A stretch of 64,000 nt of DNA from Bacteroidota bacterium (GTDB taxonomy: Bacteria > Bacteroidota > Bacteroidia > AKYH767-A > 2013-40CM-41-45), in NCBI GenBank assembly GCA_031427625.1, contig JANPNV010000119.1, positions 907 through 64,906 of the forward strand. The letters run 5' to 3'. The position numbers were made by a program, and so were the translations under genes. This document shows, one piece after another, positions 39,979 to 48,987 of this stretch; within the stretch, counting starts at the first letter, position 1, and each line of letters opens with the position of its first letter. The notes below the pieces were generated by a model. It ran no database searches. It saw only the letters and a program-made list of their open reading frames with translations, and was not told the origin of the DNA.

Positions 39979-40368
39979 TTACTTTCCTAAGTCGTCGAAA
40001 TTCACATCCGTGTATGATGACGAACCAGAATGATTTTCACCGGGAGAATGGTTTTCTCCTGGAGTATGGTTTTCACCTGGAGTGTGATTTTCTCCGGGAG
40101 TATGAGGTTCGGCTGGCTTTAAAGTTCCAACATGATTTATTGCCTCATTTAATCCGTCGAGAAATTTTTCAAAATCTTCCCGATATAAAAAAATCTTATG
40201 CTTCTCAAAAAACGGTGTGCCGTCGTCTCCAATCTTCTTTTTGCTTTCCGTAATTGTGAGATAATAATCTAGAGCTTTTGTGGTTTTTACATCAAAAAAA
40301 TAAGTCCTTTTGCCGGCTCTTACGGATTTGGAAAATACCTCTTCGCGTTGGTTGTGGTTGGATGACAT
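39979..40368 (-). CDS. DUF3276 (PUR-alpha-like nucleic-acid-binding) protein with C-terminal hexapeptide repeats
   Basis: 129 aa with VRAGKRTYFFDVKTT...YLTITESKK...KIFLYREDFEKF, typical of DUF3276. The tail reads HTPGEN HTPGEN HTPGEN HSPGEN. Confidence 0.7.
   Translation of the reverse strand: MSSNHNQREEVFSKSVRAGKRTYFFDVKTTKALDYYLTITESKKKIGDDGTPFFEKHKIFLYREDFEKFLDGLNEAINHVGTLKPAEPHTPGENHTPGENHTPGENHSPGENHSGSSSYTDVNFDDLGK
40030..40101. repeat. 4 x 18-bp imperfect tandem repeat encoding H(T/S)PGEN
   Basis: The units atgattttcaccgggaga / atggttttctcctggagt / atggttttcacctggagt / gtgattttctccgggagt were read directly. Confidence 0.9.
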
Positions 40369-40402
40369 AAACAGGAAAAAATTTTAGTTCTTCGTTTCGA
40401 AG

Positions 40403-40410
40403 CAAAAATA
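40403..40410 (-). promoter_or_regulatory. Putative -7 box (TATTTTTG on minus strand) for DUF3276 gene
   Basis: Plus strand CAAAAATA lies 35 nt upstream of the ATG at 40368. Confidence 0.35.
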
Positions 40411-40540
40411 GGAAATAATTTAGATGTGCAAGACAAGTAGATGACTGCTTCAAAGTAAATACCAACAATTTTAAGGTGATTACTTAAAGAAAAGAAGTGA
40501 AATTTCATTTAACCGTTTAAACCTCAGAAGTATATAGTCA

Positions 40541-43486
40541 TTAGGAGGGATGTTCAATACTTAGCTTTTCTTTCAGATACTGCCCGGTATAAGATTTTTT
40601 ACATTGAGCAAGTCCATCCGGTGTCCCTTCAAAAATAAGGTAACCACCTTCTTCGCCACCCTCAGGTCCCAAATCGATAACCCAATCTGCACACTTTATG
40701 ACTTCTGAATTGTGTTCAATAATCAGCAAACTGTTTCCTTGATCAATTAACATATCGAAGGCCTTTAAAAGTTTTTTGATATCATGAAAATGAAGTCCAG
40801 TGGTGGGTTCATCAAAAATAAATAATGTATGATCGTGTGCATTTCCTTTCGAGAGAAATGAGGCAAGTTTTATTCGCTGCGCTTCTCCGCCACTTAATGT
40901 ACTCGATGACTGTCCAAGTCCGATGTACCCGAGACCCACATCTGCGAGTGGCTTCAATTTATTTGCAATCTTCTGATCATTGCCGGATCCCTTTAAGGAT
41001 GAACCGAAAAACTCTATCGCTTCATCAACTGTCAAGGCAAGAATGTCAGCGATGTTTTTTCCTTTATACGTTACATCTAAAACTTCCTGCTTGAATCTTT
41101 TTCCACCGCAGTTTTCACAGACGAGATGAATATCGGCCATGAATTGCATTTCGATTGTAACTTCTCCTTCGCCTTCACAAACATCGCAGCGTCCACCTTC
41201 AACATTAAATGAAAAATGTGCAGGTTTGTATTTTCTTGATTTTGACAACGGTAATTCAGAAAACAACATTCTTACCTCATCATATGCTTTTACATAGGTT
41301 ACAGGATTTGATCTTGACGATTTCCCTATCGGATTCTGATCGACAAATTCTACTGCTGAAAGCCGGCTGTAGTCACCGCTCAGTTTGTCGAATGCTCCAG
41401 TCTGTTCTCCAAAACCGCCATGAATTTTTTTTAGAGCAGGGTAAAGCACTTTTTTTACAAGCGATGTTTTTCCGCTGCCGCTAACGCCGGTCACAACTGT
41501 CATAACTCCCAGCGGAATTTTCACTGTAATATTTTTGAGATTGTTCTCTCTGGCACCGTCAATTTTTATTGTTCCGGATGGCGAACGTCGCCTGTATGGT
41601 AATGCAATTTGCTCGCGTCCGCTCAGGTATTTTCCGGTATAGCCGGAATTTTCCGTTAATATATTTTTATAACTACCCTGGTAAATAAGTTTGCCGCCAT
41701 GTATTCCGGCATCCGGTCCGATGTCAATTAATTGATCGGATGCTTTCATAATTTCTTCGTCATGTTCAACAACAATCACGGTATTGCCTATATCACGCAG
41801 AGACTTTAGTACAGTAATTAATCTGCTTGTATCTCTCGGATGCAGACCAATACTTGGTTCATCTAAAATATACATTGATCCAACGAGACTGCTTCCCAAA
41901 GAAGTAGCCAGGTTTATGCGCTGCGATTCTCCACCTGAAAGTGAATTCGATAATCTATTTAATGTCAGATAGCCTAAACCAACATCAGATAGAAATTGAA
42001 GACGGTTTGAAATTTCAAGAAGAATACGACGGGCTATCTCAGCATCGCTTCCTGTTAATTTCATTCCGCCAAAAAAATTCAAGCTTTCAGATACGGGCAT
42101 GAGAACTATATCGGTAATCGATTTCCCGGTAACTTGTACGTAGTTTGCATCTGCTCTTAATCTCGTTCCGCGACAATCAGGACAGATCGTGCGACCTCTG
42201 TAACGTGACAGCATCACACGATATTGAATTTTATACGATTGTGTTTCTACCCATTGGAAAAAAGTATTCAGTCCTTTAAAAAATGAATTGCCCGTCCATA
42301 AAAGTGCTTTCTGTTCATCGGTGAGTTCGTATACAGGACGATGAATGGGGAAATCGAACTTATATGCTTTCCTAATAAGTTCTTCATTCCATTCTTTCAT
42401 TTTTTCTCCACGCCAGCTTACGATGGCACCATCATAGACAGACAGTGATTTATCGGGAATAACAAGATCTTCATCGATTCCGATTATCGATCCGAAACCT
42501 TCACATTTTTTGCAGGCACCATAGGGATTATTAAAACTGAAGAGTTGAGTGCTCGGCTCTTCGAATACAATTCCATCAAGGATAAAACGGTTTGAGAAAT
42601 CAGAATGATTTTTTTCTTTATCACCATCACCTTCAATTTCTGTTGCACACTCTCCATGCCCTTCAAAAAATGCAGTCTGTACAGAATCTCCAATCCGTGA
42701 GATGTTACTTTCATCTTCCGGCGAAACTGTGAAGCGGTCGATTACAATTTGAATAGCGGATGGTGTTTGAGAAGGCACAAATGTTTCGTCAGCATCTGTT
42801 TTTTTTTTCTTGATGGTTTTAGCAGTTTTTTTTATCACCACACCAGATGATTCATTGAGGTTGCTAAGAATTTTTTTATTCTCAGGGAGAAATAAGTCTT
42901 CAATCTTGAATATTTTTCCGGAGAATCGGATTCTTACAAAGCCTTTTTGTATGAGTACATTTAATTCCTCTTCGATCGTTCGGCCGGGGTGGAGAAAAAG
43001 AGGAGCCAGGAGAATCACACGTGACTGTGGTGGAAACGAATGAATGTATGAAACTACATCTCCGACTGTATGACGTTTTACCATTTTTCCGGATACAGGG
43101 GAATATGTTTTTCCTATTCGGGCGAAAAGCAATTTCAGATAATCGTAAATTTCTGTCGACGTGCCTACTGTTGATCGTGGGTTTCTTGTATTTACCTTTT
43201 GCTCGATAGCTACAGCAGGCGAGATGCCCAGAATGTAATCTACATCGGGCTTATCCATTCGTCCTAAAAATTGTCGAGCATAGCTGCTAAGACTTTCAAC
43301 ATAGCGTCTTTGTCCTTCAGCATAAAGTGTATCAAATGCAAGCGATGATTTACCTGAACCCGATAAGCCCGTTATTACTATAAACTTATTGCGAGGTAGG
43401 GCAATGTCTATATTTTTCAGATTATGTACTCTCGCGCCTTTAATAATAATGTATTCTCGCGAGTCGAGTTTTTCTACGTCTTGCAT
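40541..43486 (-). CDS. uvrA: Excinuclease ABC subunit A
   Basis: Start placed at ATG 43486 (MQDVEKLDSREYIIIKGARVHNLKN), the normal UvrA N-terminus. It has two ABC modules (GLSGSGKSS, GVSGSGKTS) and zinc-finger cysteines. The 24-codon extension in the ORF track runs into the promoter region. Confidence 0.97.
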   Translation of the reverse strand: MQDVEKLDSREYIIIKGARVHNLKNIDIALPRNKFIVITGLSGSGKSSLAFDTLYAEGQRRYVESLSSYARQFLGRMDKPDVDYILGISPAVAIEQKVNTRNPRSTVGTSTEIYDYLKLLFARIGKTYSPVSGKMVKRHTVGDVVSYIHSFPPQSRVILLAPLFLHPGRTIEEELNVLIQKGFVRIRFSGKIFKIEDLFLPENKKILSNLNESSGVVIKKTAKTIKKKKTDADETFVPSQTPSAIQIVIDRFTVSPEDESNISRIGDSVQTAFFEGHGECATEIEGDGDKEKNHSDFSNRFILDGIVFEEPSTQLFSFNNPYGACKKCEGFGSIIGIDEDLVIPDKSLSVYDGAIVSWRGEKMKEWNEELIRKAYKFDFPIHRPVYELTDEQKALLWTGNSFFKGLNTFFQWVETQSYKIQYRVMLSRYRGRTICPDCRGTRLRADANYVQVTGKSITDIVLMPVSESLNFFGGMKLTGSDAEIARRILLEISNRLQFLSDVGLGYLTLNRLSNSLSGGESQRINLATSLGSSLVGSMYILDEPSIGLHPRDTSRLITVLKSLRDIGNTVIVVEHDEEIMKASDQLIDIGPDAGIHGGKLIYQGSYKNILTENSGYTGKYLSGREQIALPYRRRSPSGTIKIDGARENNLKNITVKIPLGVMTVVTGVSGSGKTSLVKKVLYPALKKIHGGFGEQTGAFDKLSGDYSRLSAVEFVDQNPIGKSSRSNPVTYVKAYDEVRMLFSELPLSKSRKYKPAHFSFNVEGGRCDVCEGEGEVTIEMQFMADIHLVCENCGGKRFKQEVLDVTYKGKNIADILALTVDEAIEFFGSSLKGSGNDQKIANKLKPLADVGLGYIGLGQSSSTLSGGEAQRIKLASFLSKGNAHDHTLFIFDEPTTGLHFHDIKKLLKAFDMLIDQGNSLLIIEHNSEVIKCADWVIDLGPEGGEEGGYLIFEGTPDGLAQCKKSYTGQYLKEKLSIEHPS

Positions 43487-43504
43487 ATGTATTTGGTGAA
43501 TTGG

Positions 43505-43512
43505 CAAAAGTA
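43505..43512 (-). promoter_or_regulatory. Putative -7 box (TACTTTTG on minus strand) for uvrA
   Basis: Plus strand CAAAAGTA lies 19 nt upstream of ATG 43486. The heptamer array starts 8 nt further upstream. Confidence 0.35.
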
Positions 43513-43520
43513 CTAATAAG

Positions 43521-43674
43521 GAAGAATAAAGAGTCAAGAACCAAGAACCAAGAGCCAAGAACCAAGAGCCAAGAAGAAAGAACCAAGAACCAAGAGCAAA
43601 GAACCAAGAGCCAAGAAGAAAGAACTAAGAGTAAAGAATCAAGAGCAAAGAATCAAGAACCAAGAATCAAGAAA
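43521..43674. repeat. Heptanucleotide tandem array, about 22 units of NAAGARN (core 20 units CAAGAAC/CAAGAGC/AAAGAAC from 43535)
   Basis: I read this unit by unit, and AAGA is invariant at positions 2-5 of every unit. A 42-bp higher-order block (GAAC CAAGAGC CAAGAAG AAAGAAC) occurs twice. The array is intergenic, between the divergent uvrA and sigma-factor genes. Confidence 0.9.
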
Positions 43675-43867
43675 AAAATAAGGATCAGTTTACATATCAT
43701 GTTGAATTATTAGAAATCAAGAGATTGTAGGAGGTTTAATTATTAAAATATGATAACCGCAGAAACAGAAATTGGAAGTCAGGTGGTAATAAATGCTGGG
43801 CTGTGGCTCAATATGTCAGAAAAATGTAAGTATTTGATCGATAATGCCTGTGATTATCAAAACAAAA

Positions 43868-43899
43868 TTTGGAATATCATGTTTCAATATATATATTTG
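43868..43899 (+). promoter_or_regulatory. Putative Bacteroidota promoter (-33 TTTG, 20-nt spacer, -7 TATATTTG) for the ECF sigma gene
   Basis: TTTG at 43868-43871 and TATATTTG at 43892-43899. The spacing matches the published -33/-7 architecture of Bacteroides promoters, and the site lies 100 nt upstream of ATG 44000. Confidence 0.45.
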
Positions 43900-43999
43900 A
43901 TCTTCCATTAACAATCCAACCATTTTATAAATAATAAGGAGGCCAGGCATAGCATAAATCTACTTTAATATTTACTCTCACAATTAAAGCAGAACAACT

Positions 44000-44587
44000 A
44001 TGTCTCAATTTCAAATAATGGATGATAAGGACCTTGTGTGTCTTTATCAAAATGGGAATCAATCAGCAATTTCCGAATTAGTAAACCGCTACAAGCAGCG
44101 AATTCATTCCACCATCTTTTTCTTAGTAAGAAACCAGGAATTGGCCGAAGACCTATTTCAGGAGACTTTTATTAAGATAATTACCAGCCTGCGCAAAAAG
44201 CATTATAATGAGCAGGGAAAATTTCTTCCATGGGCGCTTCGTATAGCTCATAATCTGGTAATTGATCATTTCAGGAAAGAAAAACTTATGCCTATGCAGC
44301 ACGATTCTGAAGAATACAGCGTATTCGATAGAATGGCAGGCAATGGGAGAAATGCAGTTGACCAGATGATTTATGACGAGAAAATTGCATCCGTCAGGGG
44401 CTTGCTTGATAAACTTCCCTTTGAACAGCGTGAAGTTGTTATATTAAGACATTATGCAGGGTTATCATTTAAAGAAATATCTAAAATGCTGGATATTAAC
44501 ATAAATACAGCTCTTGGACGTATGCATTATGCCATTTTGAAGATGAGAGAAATGGTAGAAACAAGCAATTTGAAATTAAAAGATTAA
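44000..44587 (+). CDS. ECF-type RNA polymerase sigma-70 family factor
   Basis: 195 aa with region 2 (DLFQETFIKI...FLPWALRIAHNLVIDHFRK) and region 4 (REVVILRHYAGLSFKEISKMLDININTALGRMHYA). Confidence 0.9.
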   Translation: MSQFQIMDDKDLVCLYQNGNQSAISELVNRYKQRIHSTIFFLVRNQELAEDLFQETFIKIITSLRKKHYNEQGKFLPWALRIAHNLVIDHFRKEKLMPMQHDSEEYSVFDRMAGNGRNAVDQMIYDEKIASVRGLLDKLPFEQREVVILRHYAGLSFKEISKMLDININTALGRMHYAILKMREMVETSNLKLKD

Positions 44588-44653
44588 AAAAAGTTAGTGT
44601 GATTTAAATAAAGATCTGTCGCCTGCGTTTTGAATCTATAAATAAAAAAATGC

Positions 44654-44863
44654 ATGATGCAAAAATCTACACTCACTGATCTGTTATCATACGCTTACAA
44701 CGAAACCGGACTTTGCGAAGGAGATCGCATACAACGTTCTATAGATGGAGACCCGGTTTTGAAAAGTGAATACAATGAGATTGTTGATCTCATTCAGATT
44801 CTTGACAAGGGGCAACCAGAAATATCCCCGGAATCAATTAAAAAAATCCTTCTGTTCTGCTAA
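44654..44863 (+). CDS. Small hypothetical protein downstream of ECF sigma (possible soluble anti-sigma partner)
   Basis: 69 aa with no TM segment, lying 66 nt after the sigma gene and followed by a strong terminator. Its function is inferred only from position. Confidence 0.45.
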   Translation: MMQKSTLTDLLSYAYNETGLCEGDRIQRSIDGDPVLKSEYNEIVDLIQILDKGQPEISPESIKKILLFC

Positions 44864-44878
44864 GTAATTGGAGGAAAA

Positions 44879-44915
44879 AAGACCGCCGTTCATCAGAAGG
44901 GCGGTCTTTTGATTT
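44879..44915 (+). terminator. Rho-independent terminator after sigma/small-ORF pair
   Basis: AAGACCGCC-N12-GGCGGTCTT hairpin followed by TTGATTT. Confidence 0.8.
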
Positions 44916-45065
44916 CTCTCTAACCTTTAATCATTATTAAACCATAGGCAAAAATTTTGTTTATGGGGTTAATTTACTTTTGCAACAACGCAGAATCAAT
45001 ATTATTCAGCTATACTATTTTAGAATCATGCCAACGATTGATCCTGCATGGTAAAAACACATCAG

Positions 45066-45073
45066 TATATTTG
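45066..45073 (+). promoter_or_regulatory. Putative -7 box TATATTTG immediately upstream of nth
   Basis: Matches TAnnTTTG, with only 4 nt between the box and ATG 45078. This implies a leaderless or near-leaderless mRNA if the box is functional. Confidence 0.3.
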
Positions 45074-45077
45074 TTGA

Positions 45078-45725
45078 ATGACAAAAAAGGAGCGATTCGA
45101 AAGTGTTATTCATTATTTTGAAGTTTCGCGTCCTGTCGCCGAAACTGAACTAGAATATACCAACCCCTATGAACTTCTTGTTGCCGTAATATTATCAGCT
45201 CAGTGCACCGATAAGCGGGTTAATTTGTCAACTCCCGAATTTTTCAGAGCATTTCCAACGCCTATTGAGTTAGCCGCTTCCACAGCAGAAAAAGTTTTTC
45301 CCTTTATCAAAAGCATAAGCTATCCGAATAATAAAGCCAAGCATCTTGTCGGAATGGCGAAAATGCTTGTCAATGAATTTGGTGGCGAAATTCCACCTGA
45401 TGTTGATGACCTTCAGAGAATGCCCGGTGTAGGAAGAAAAACGGCTAATGTTATTGCCTCCGTCGTATACAGCCAGCCAAAACTGGCAGTCGATACGCAT
45501 GTTTTCAGAGTTACGGCAAGACTTGGATTAACTACTAACGCGAAAAATCCAGTGCAGACAGAAAATCAATTGATGAAATATTTGCCTGAAGATAAAGTAG
45601 CAATCTTTCATCATTGGATTATACTGCATGGCCGATATGTTTGTACAGCCAGGAATCCAAAATGTCCGGAATGCGGATTAATGGAATGGTGTAAATATTT
45701 CAAGACAAAAAAAGCGAAGGCTTAA
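45078..45725 (+). CDS. nth: Endonuclease III
   Basis: 215 aa with HhH-GPD (MPGVGRKTANVI) and the C-terminal 4Fe-4S cluster loop CTARNPKCPECGLMEWC. Confidence 0.95.
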   Translation: MTKKERFESVIHYFEVSRPVAETELEYTNPYELLVAVILSAQCTDKRVNLSTPEFFRAFPTPIELAASTAEKVFPFIKSISYPNNKAKHLVGMAKMLVNEFGGEIPPDVDDLQRMPGVGRKTANVIASVVYSQPKLAVDTHVFRVTARLGLTTNAKNPVQTENQLMKYLPEDKVAIFHHWIILHGRYVCTARNPKCPECGLMEWCKYFKTKKAKA

Positions 45726-45742
45726 AACTTGTACTAGAAATT

Positions 45743-46522
45743 TTATTTTTCGTAGATACCAGCAGCAATTTTTTCCGTCATCGATTTCGGGACGAATGGA
45801 ATCATTGCTACAGAAAGTTTGTTAATCCAACCCGGTATTGCTTCATTCTTTTTTGCGAACATACTTTTGACTGCAAATTTTCCAACAGTAGAAGCCTTCA
45901 TCATTACCTTATCAGCTTTTTTTCTAATGTGTGGAGAATCCATTCCCGCAGCTTTCATGAAATTTGTTTCAGTCGTTCCCGGACTAACACAGGTAACAGA
46001 TACATTGGTTTCGCTTAGTTCATAACGAAGCGCTCTTGAGAATTGTATCATGAATGTTTTGCAAGCCGAATAAACGGCAAGTTTAGGCACTGCCTGGTAA
46101 GCAGTAGTGCTTGCAATATTCAGTATGTAGGATTGATTACTCTTTTTTAGAAAAGGAAGAAGTTTATAGGTGAGATTGACCGGAAGAAATACATTAATAT
46201 TTATCAATGCATTAATATCATTAATGCTTAGTTCGTCGAACCTTCCCCACAACCCATAACCGGCATTGTTTACAAGGATTGAAAGTTCATCAGCATTTTC
46301 ACTAACAAATGATGCAGTGTTTTCAATTCCTTCAGATGTAGTAAGATCGGCGGGCAACGATTTGCAGATTATGCCATATTTGGCTGACAGTTCCAAGCAT
46401 AATTCAGAAAGAAGGTCTTTACTCCTTGCAACGAGAATCAGATTGTATTTTCTTCGTGCTAATTCGATGGCGATTTCTTTTCCAATTCCCTTACTGGCAC
46501 CGGTGATTACTGCATAGCTCAT
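45743..46522 (-). CDS. Short-chain dehydrogenase/reductase (SDR)
   Basis: 259 aa with TGASKGIG, NNAG and YSACK motifs. Confidence 0.9.
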   Translation of the reverse strand: MSYAVITGASKGIGKEIAIELARRKYNLILVARSKDLLSELCLELSAKYGIICKSLPADLTTSEGIENTASFVSENADELSILVNNAGYGLWGRFDELSINDINALININVFLPVNLTYKLLPFLKKSNQSYILNIASTTAYQAVPKLAVYSACKTFMIQFSRALRYELSETNVSVTCVSPGTTETNFMKAAGMDSPHIRKKADKVMMKASTVGKFAVKSMFAKKNEAIPGWINKLSVAMIPFVPKSMTEKIAAGIYEK

Positions 46523-46532
46523 GATATAGTAT

Positions 46533-46567
46533 TAAAAAAAAATGGAACCAGAGAAACTGATTCCATT
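46533..46567 (-). terminator. Rho-independent terminator after PhyH-family gene
   Basis: On the minus strand, AATGGAA-N13-TTCCATT is followed by TTTTTTTT. Confidence 0.65.
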
Positions 46568-46587
46568 TTCATATTTCTTTAATAAAA

Positions 46588-47397
46588 TTATTTTACAAGT
46601 TTCTGGAAATGGTGGTAGAGTGGAGTTGTGCTGTCTTCAGATTTCGGCATATATTTTCCAAGAATAACCGGAATATACATGACTCTTCTTCTGCTTGCTG
46701 CACCTGTAAGGGGTGACATAGCTACGCGATGCCAAATACGGCCATCATGTATAACAAGGTCGCCAGCTTTTGCATCAACCAACATTTCGTTTTTGTCTTC
46801 TTCATTGTTCATGAAGTATGCCTTCTTGAAAAGCATGCTGAAGATATTCTGCTTATGCGTACCGGGAATAATACGCAATCCACCTTTGTCAGAAGAACTG
46901 TCATCGAGGTATAAACCAACGTTCAACATTGGCATAACTTTCTTTCCATAGAAGATGTCGCGCATACTATCCGTATGCCAGCCCATTTGCCTGAAATTGC
47001 TGTTCGATGTGTTGACATAATGATTTACAATTACGCCATCTTTTTCATTTTCGGCAATCCGTGCACCCTGAGGCAATAATACCTTTAAAGCCTGAAGCTT
47101 TGTGCTGGTAACAAAACGGTGAACAACTTCGCTGTATTGAGAAGTGAAAGGAAAACGGTGAACAATTTCTTTCCCGTTCTCATCATGCCCAAACTTAATA
47201 GGCACGCCGTTAATCTTTTTGATTCCCTTAGTGATCCACTTTTGCTGAAGTTCCTCGGTAGATGAGATTATCTGACCTATTTCTTCAAGTGGGACTGCGC
47301 CTCGGAAATGGATAAATCCATTCTTTTCAAAAAAATTAACTTGTTCATCGGTGAGCGTGTCGCCGAGTGTAAATTTTGGATATTGAGTATTACTCAT
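46588..47397 (-). CDS. Phytanoyl-CoA dioxygenase (PhyH) family 2OG/Fe(II) oxygenase
   Basis: 269 aa with WHTDS (HxD) and a distal H in IWHRV, plus an overall PhyH-like pattern. Confidence 0.75.
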   Translation of the reverse strand: MSNTQYPKFTLGDTLTDEQVNFFEKNGFIHFRGAVPLEEIGQIISSTEELQQKWITKGIKKINGVPIKFGHDENGKEIVHRFPFTSQYSEVVHRFVTSTKLQALKVLLPQGARIAENEKDGVIVNHYVNTSNSNFRQMGWHTDSMRDIFYGKKVMPMLNVGLYLDDSSSDKGGLRIIPGTHKQNIFSMLFKKAYFMNNEEDKNEMLVDAKAGDLVIHDGRIWHRVAMSPLTGAASRRRVMYIPVILGKYMPKSEDSTTPLYHHFQKLVK

Positions 47398-47604
47398 TTA
47401 TTCAGTTTTTATGATAGAGCCACATCCTTGAAAATCAAATCAATGTGTTAATCACATACAAACATGATTGTTTTTTATCAAATTTTGATTGGTGCACAAA
47501 TATATAAGAATCTTTTTACTTCCAAATAGGGTATTGTTATTACCTTAAAATGATTTTTAAACAAACTTTTCGTGAATAATGCACTGTTTTTCGTCATTCT
47601 AAAA

Positions 47605-48936
47605 TTAAGATCGTGATATAGGGAACAGAAGAATGAATGTTGTGCCAATGTTCTTTTCGCTTTCGGTCTGAATTTCAATTTTATGGAATTCTGCAATCGT
47701 TTTTACGATGGGTAAGCCAAGCCCATAGCTCATTTCATCAGATGGGCGGAATCTTTTAAACCGGTCGAAAATGAATGGAATCTGGTCGCTTGCAATCCCT
47801 GTTCCTGTATCTCTGATTCGTAAAATAAAATTCTTTTCTGTCTTTTCTCCGGTAATAAAAATCTTCCCGTTATTAACATTGTACTTGATAGCATTAGATA
47901 ATATGTTAAAAAGAAGAGTGTGGATGAGCGGTTTATTACATGTAGTAAAGATAAAACTTCCTTTCCACTCATTTACAACAGTAATTCCTTTCGAATCAAA
48001 CCATTCATCTAATTCTTCCAATACTTCAGCCAAAAGTTGCTCAATAGCTGCGCTTTCATTCCTGACGTATTGCTCATTCTCAATTTTACTGATATATAAC
48101 AACGATTTCACAACCTTGGTAAGACGAGCCAGTGTCTTTTGTGATTCAACCATTTTGTCGACTACTTCATGCGAAAGTGAAGGGTCACTTATCATGTTTT
48201 CAATCCTGTTTCGCAAAATTGAAACAGGGGTAAGAAGTTCGTGAGATACATTCATGATAAACTCCCTTTCCATTTCGAATGTCTCCTTAATTTGTTGCAT
48301 CATTTCATTGATGCTCTTATCTAGTTGCGCGAATTCGTAGGTATTCGTCGAGATTTTTTTAGGATTGAATGTGGATGGATGTCGTGCATCTTTTAGCTTC
48401 TCATTCACGATTTTATTAAACGGCCTTAAGAGGAATCGGGCAAAGCTTAGATCCAGAAAAATAGAGAGCAGGACAACGGCAACGAGCATCCAGAGTGTAA
48501 ATCGTCGTATGGTAAGGTTAAGCTGATCAACGGCACTTAGTCCTTCTCCGATTGCAACTTTATACAACTGATTATCGAAAATAAATGCACGCGACAAGAC
48601 TCTGTGTCTTACCTTTTCATTTTCTATCAGTCGCTCGGAGTTTTCAATATGAACTTTGCCAAAATCAACAGGCAGTCTTGGAAGAGGGGTAATGGATAAA
48701 AATTCTTCCTTGAAAATATTATAACTATCAAAGCTGCATTCTTCGTCAAGGGCAATTTCATTGAGCCCTCCCTTTTCAACAATTCGTATTGTTTTGTCGA
48801 GACGGGCCAATAGTCTCTTGTCGATGTGATTGTAAACAACCTTTTCAATAAGCAATGGCAATAACGCTCCTATGGCAAGAATGATAATTGCCTTAGAAAT
48901 AGCATTATAAAGAACTAATTTGACCTGGAGCTTCAA
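47605..48936 (-). CDS. Sensor histidine kinase
   Basis: 443 aa with a TTG start and two TM segments. It has H-box SHELLTPVS, N-box NAIKYN, and the G-boxes RDTGTGI and GLGLPIV. Confidence 0.9.
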   Translation of the reverse strand: MKLQVKLVLYNAISKAIIILAIGALLPLLIEKVVYNHIDKRLLARLDKTIRIVEKGGLNEIALDEECSFDSYNIFKEEFLSITPLPRLPVDFGKVHIENSERLIENEKVRHRVLSRAFIFDNQLYKVAIGEGLSAVDQLNLTIRRFTLWMLVAVVLLSIFLDLSFARFLLRPFNKIVNEKLKDARHPSTFNPKKISTNTYEFAQLDKSINEMMQQIKETFEMEREFIMNVSHELLTPVSILRNRIENMISDPSLSHEVVDKMVESQKTLARLTKVVKSLLYISKIENEQYVRNESAAIEQLLAEVLEELDEWFDSKGITVVNEWKGSFIFTTCNKPLIHTLLFNILSNAIKYNVNNGKIFITGEKTEKNFILRIRDTGTGIASDQIPFIFDRFKRFRPSDEMSYGLGLPIVKTIAEFHKIEIQTESEKNIGTTFILLFPISRS

Positions 48937-48987
48937 TAAAGAAATTTTCCTGTAAAAGTCCTGTTAACTGATGATAGGATGATGAAA

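Noticed and set aside
43521-43674. Possible CRISPR array, considered because of the dense short repeats.
   Set aside because: The units are 7 bp and directly adjacent with no spacers. There are no cas genes in the window, and the repeats are degenerate. It is a micro/minisatellite, not a CRISPR array.
43501-43713. 70-aa ORF in the track (MAKVLIRKNKESRTKNQEPRTKSQEERTK...), which could be read as a low-complexity protein.
   Set aside because: It is simply the translation of the 7-bp tandem array, in which 21 bp yields a 7-aa pseudo-repeat. The array composition lacks stop codons in this frame by construction. The start is TTG and overlaps the putative uvrA -7 box. No independent coding signal is present.
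43750-43911. 53-codon plus-strand ORF (MITAETEIGSQVVINAGLWLNMSEKC...) with a GGAGG about 15 nt upstream.
   Set aside because: It contains the best -33/-7 promoter pair for the sigma gene inside it. It has no recognisable features, and SD-like boxes are not informative in this lineage. It is most likely non-coding promoter/leader DNA.
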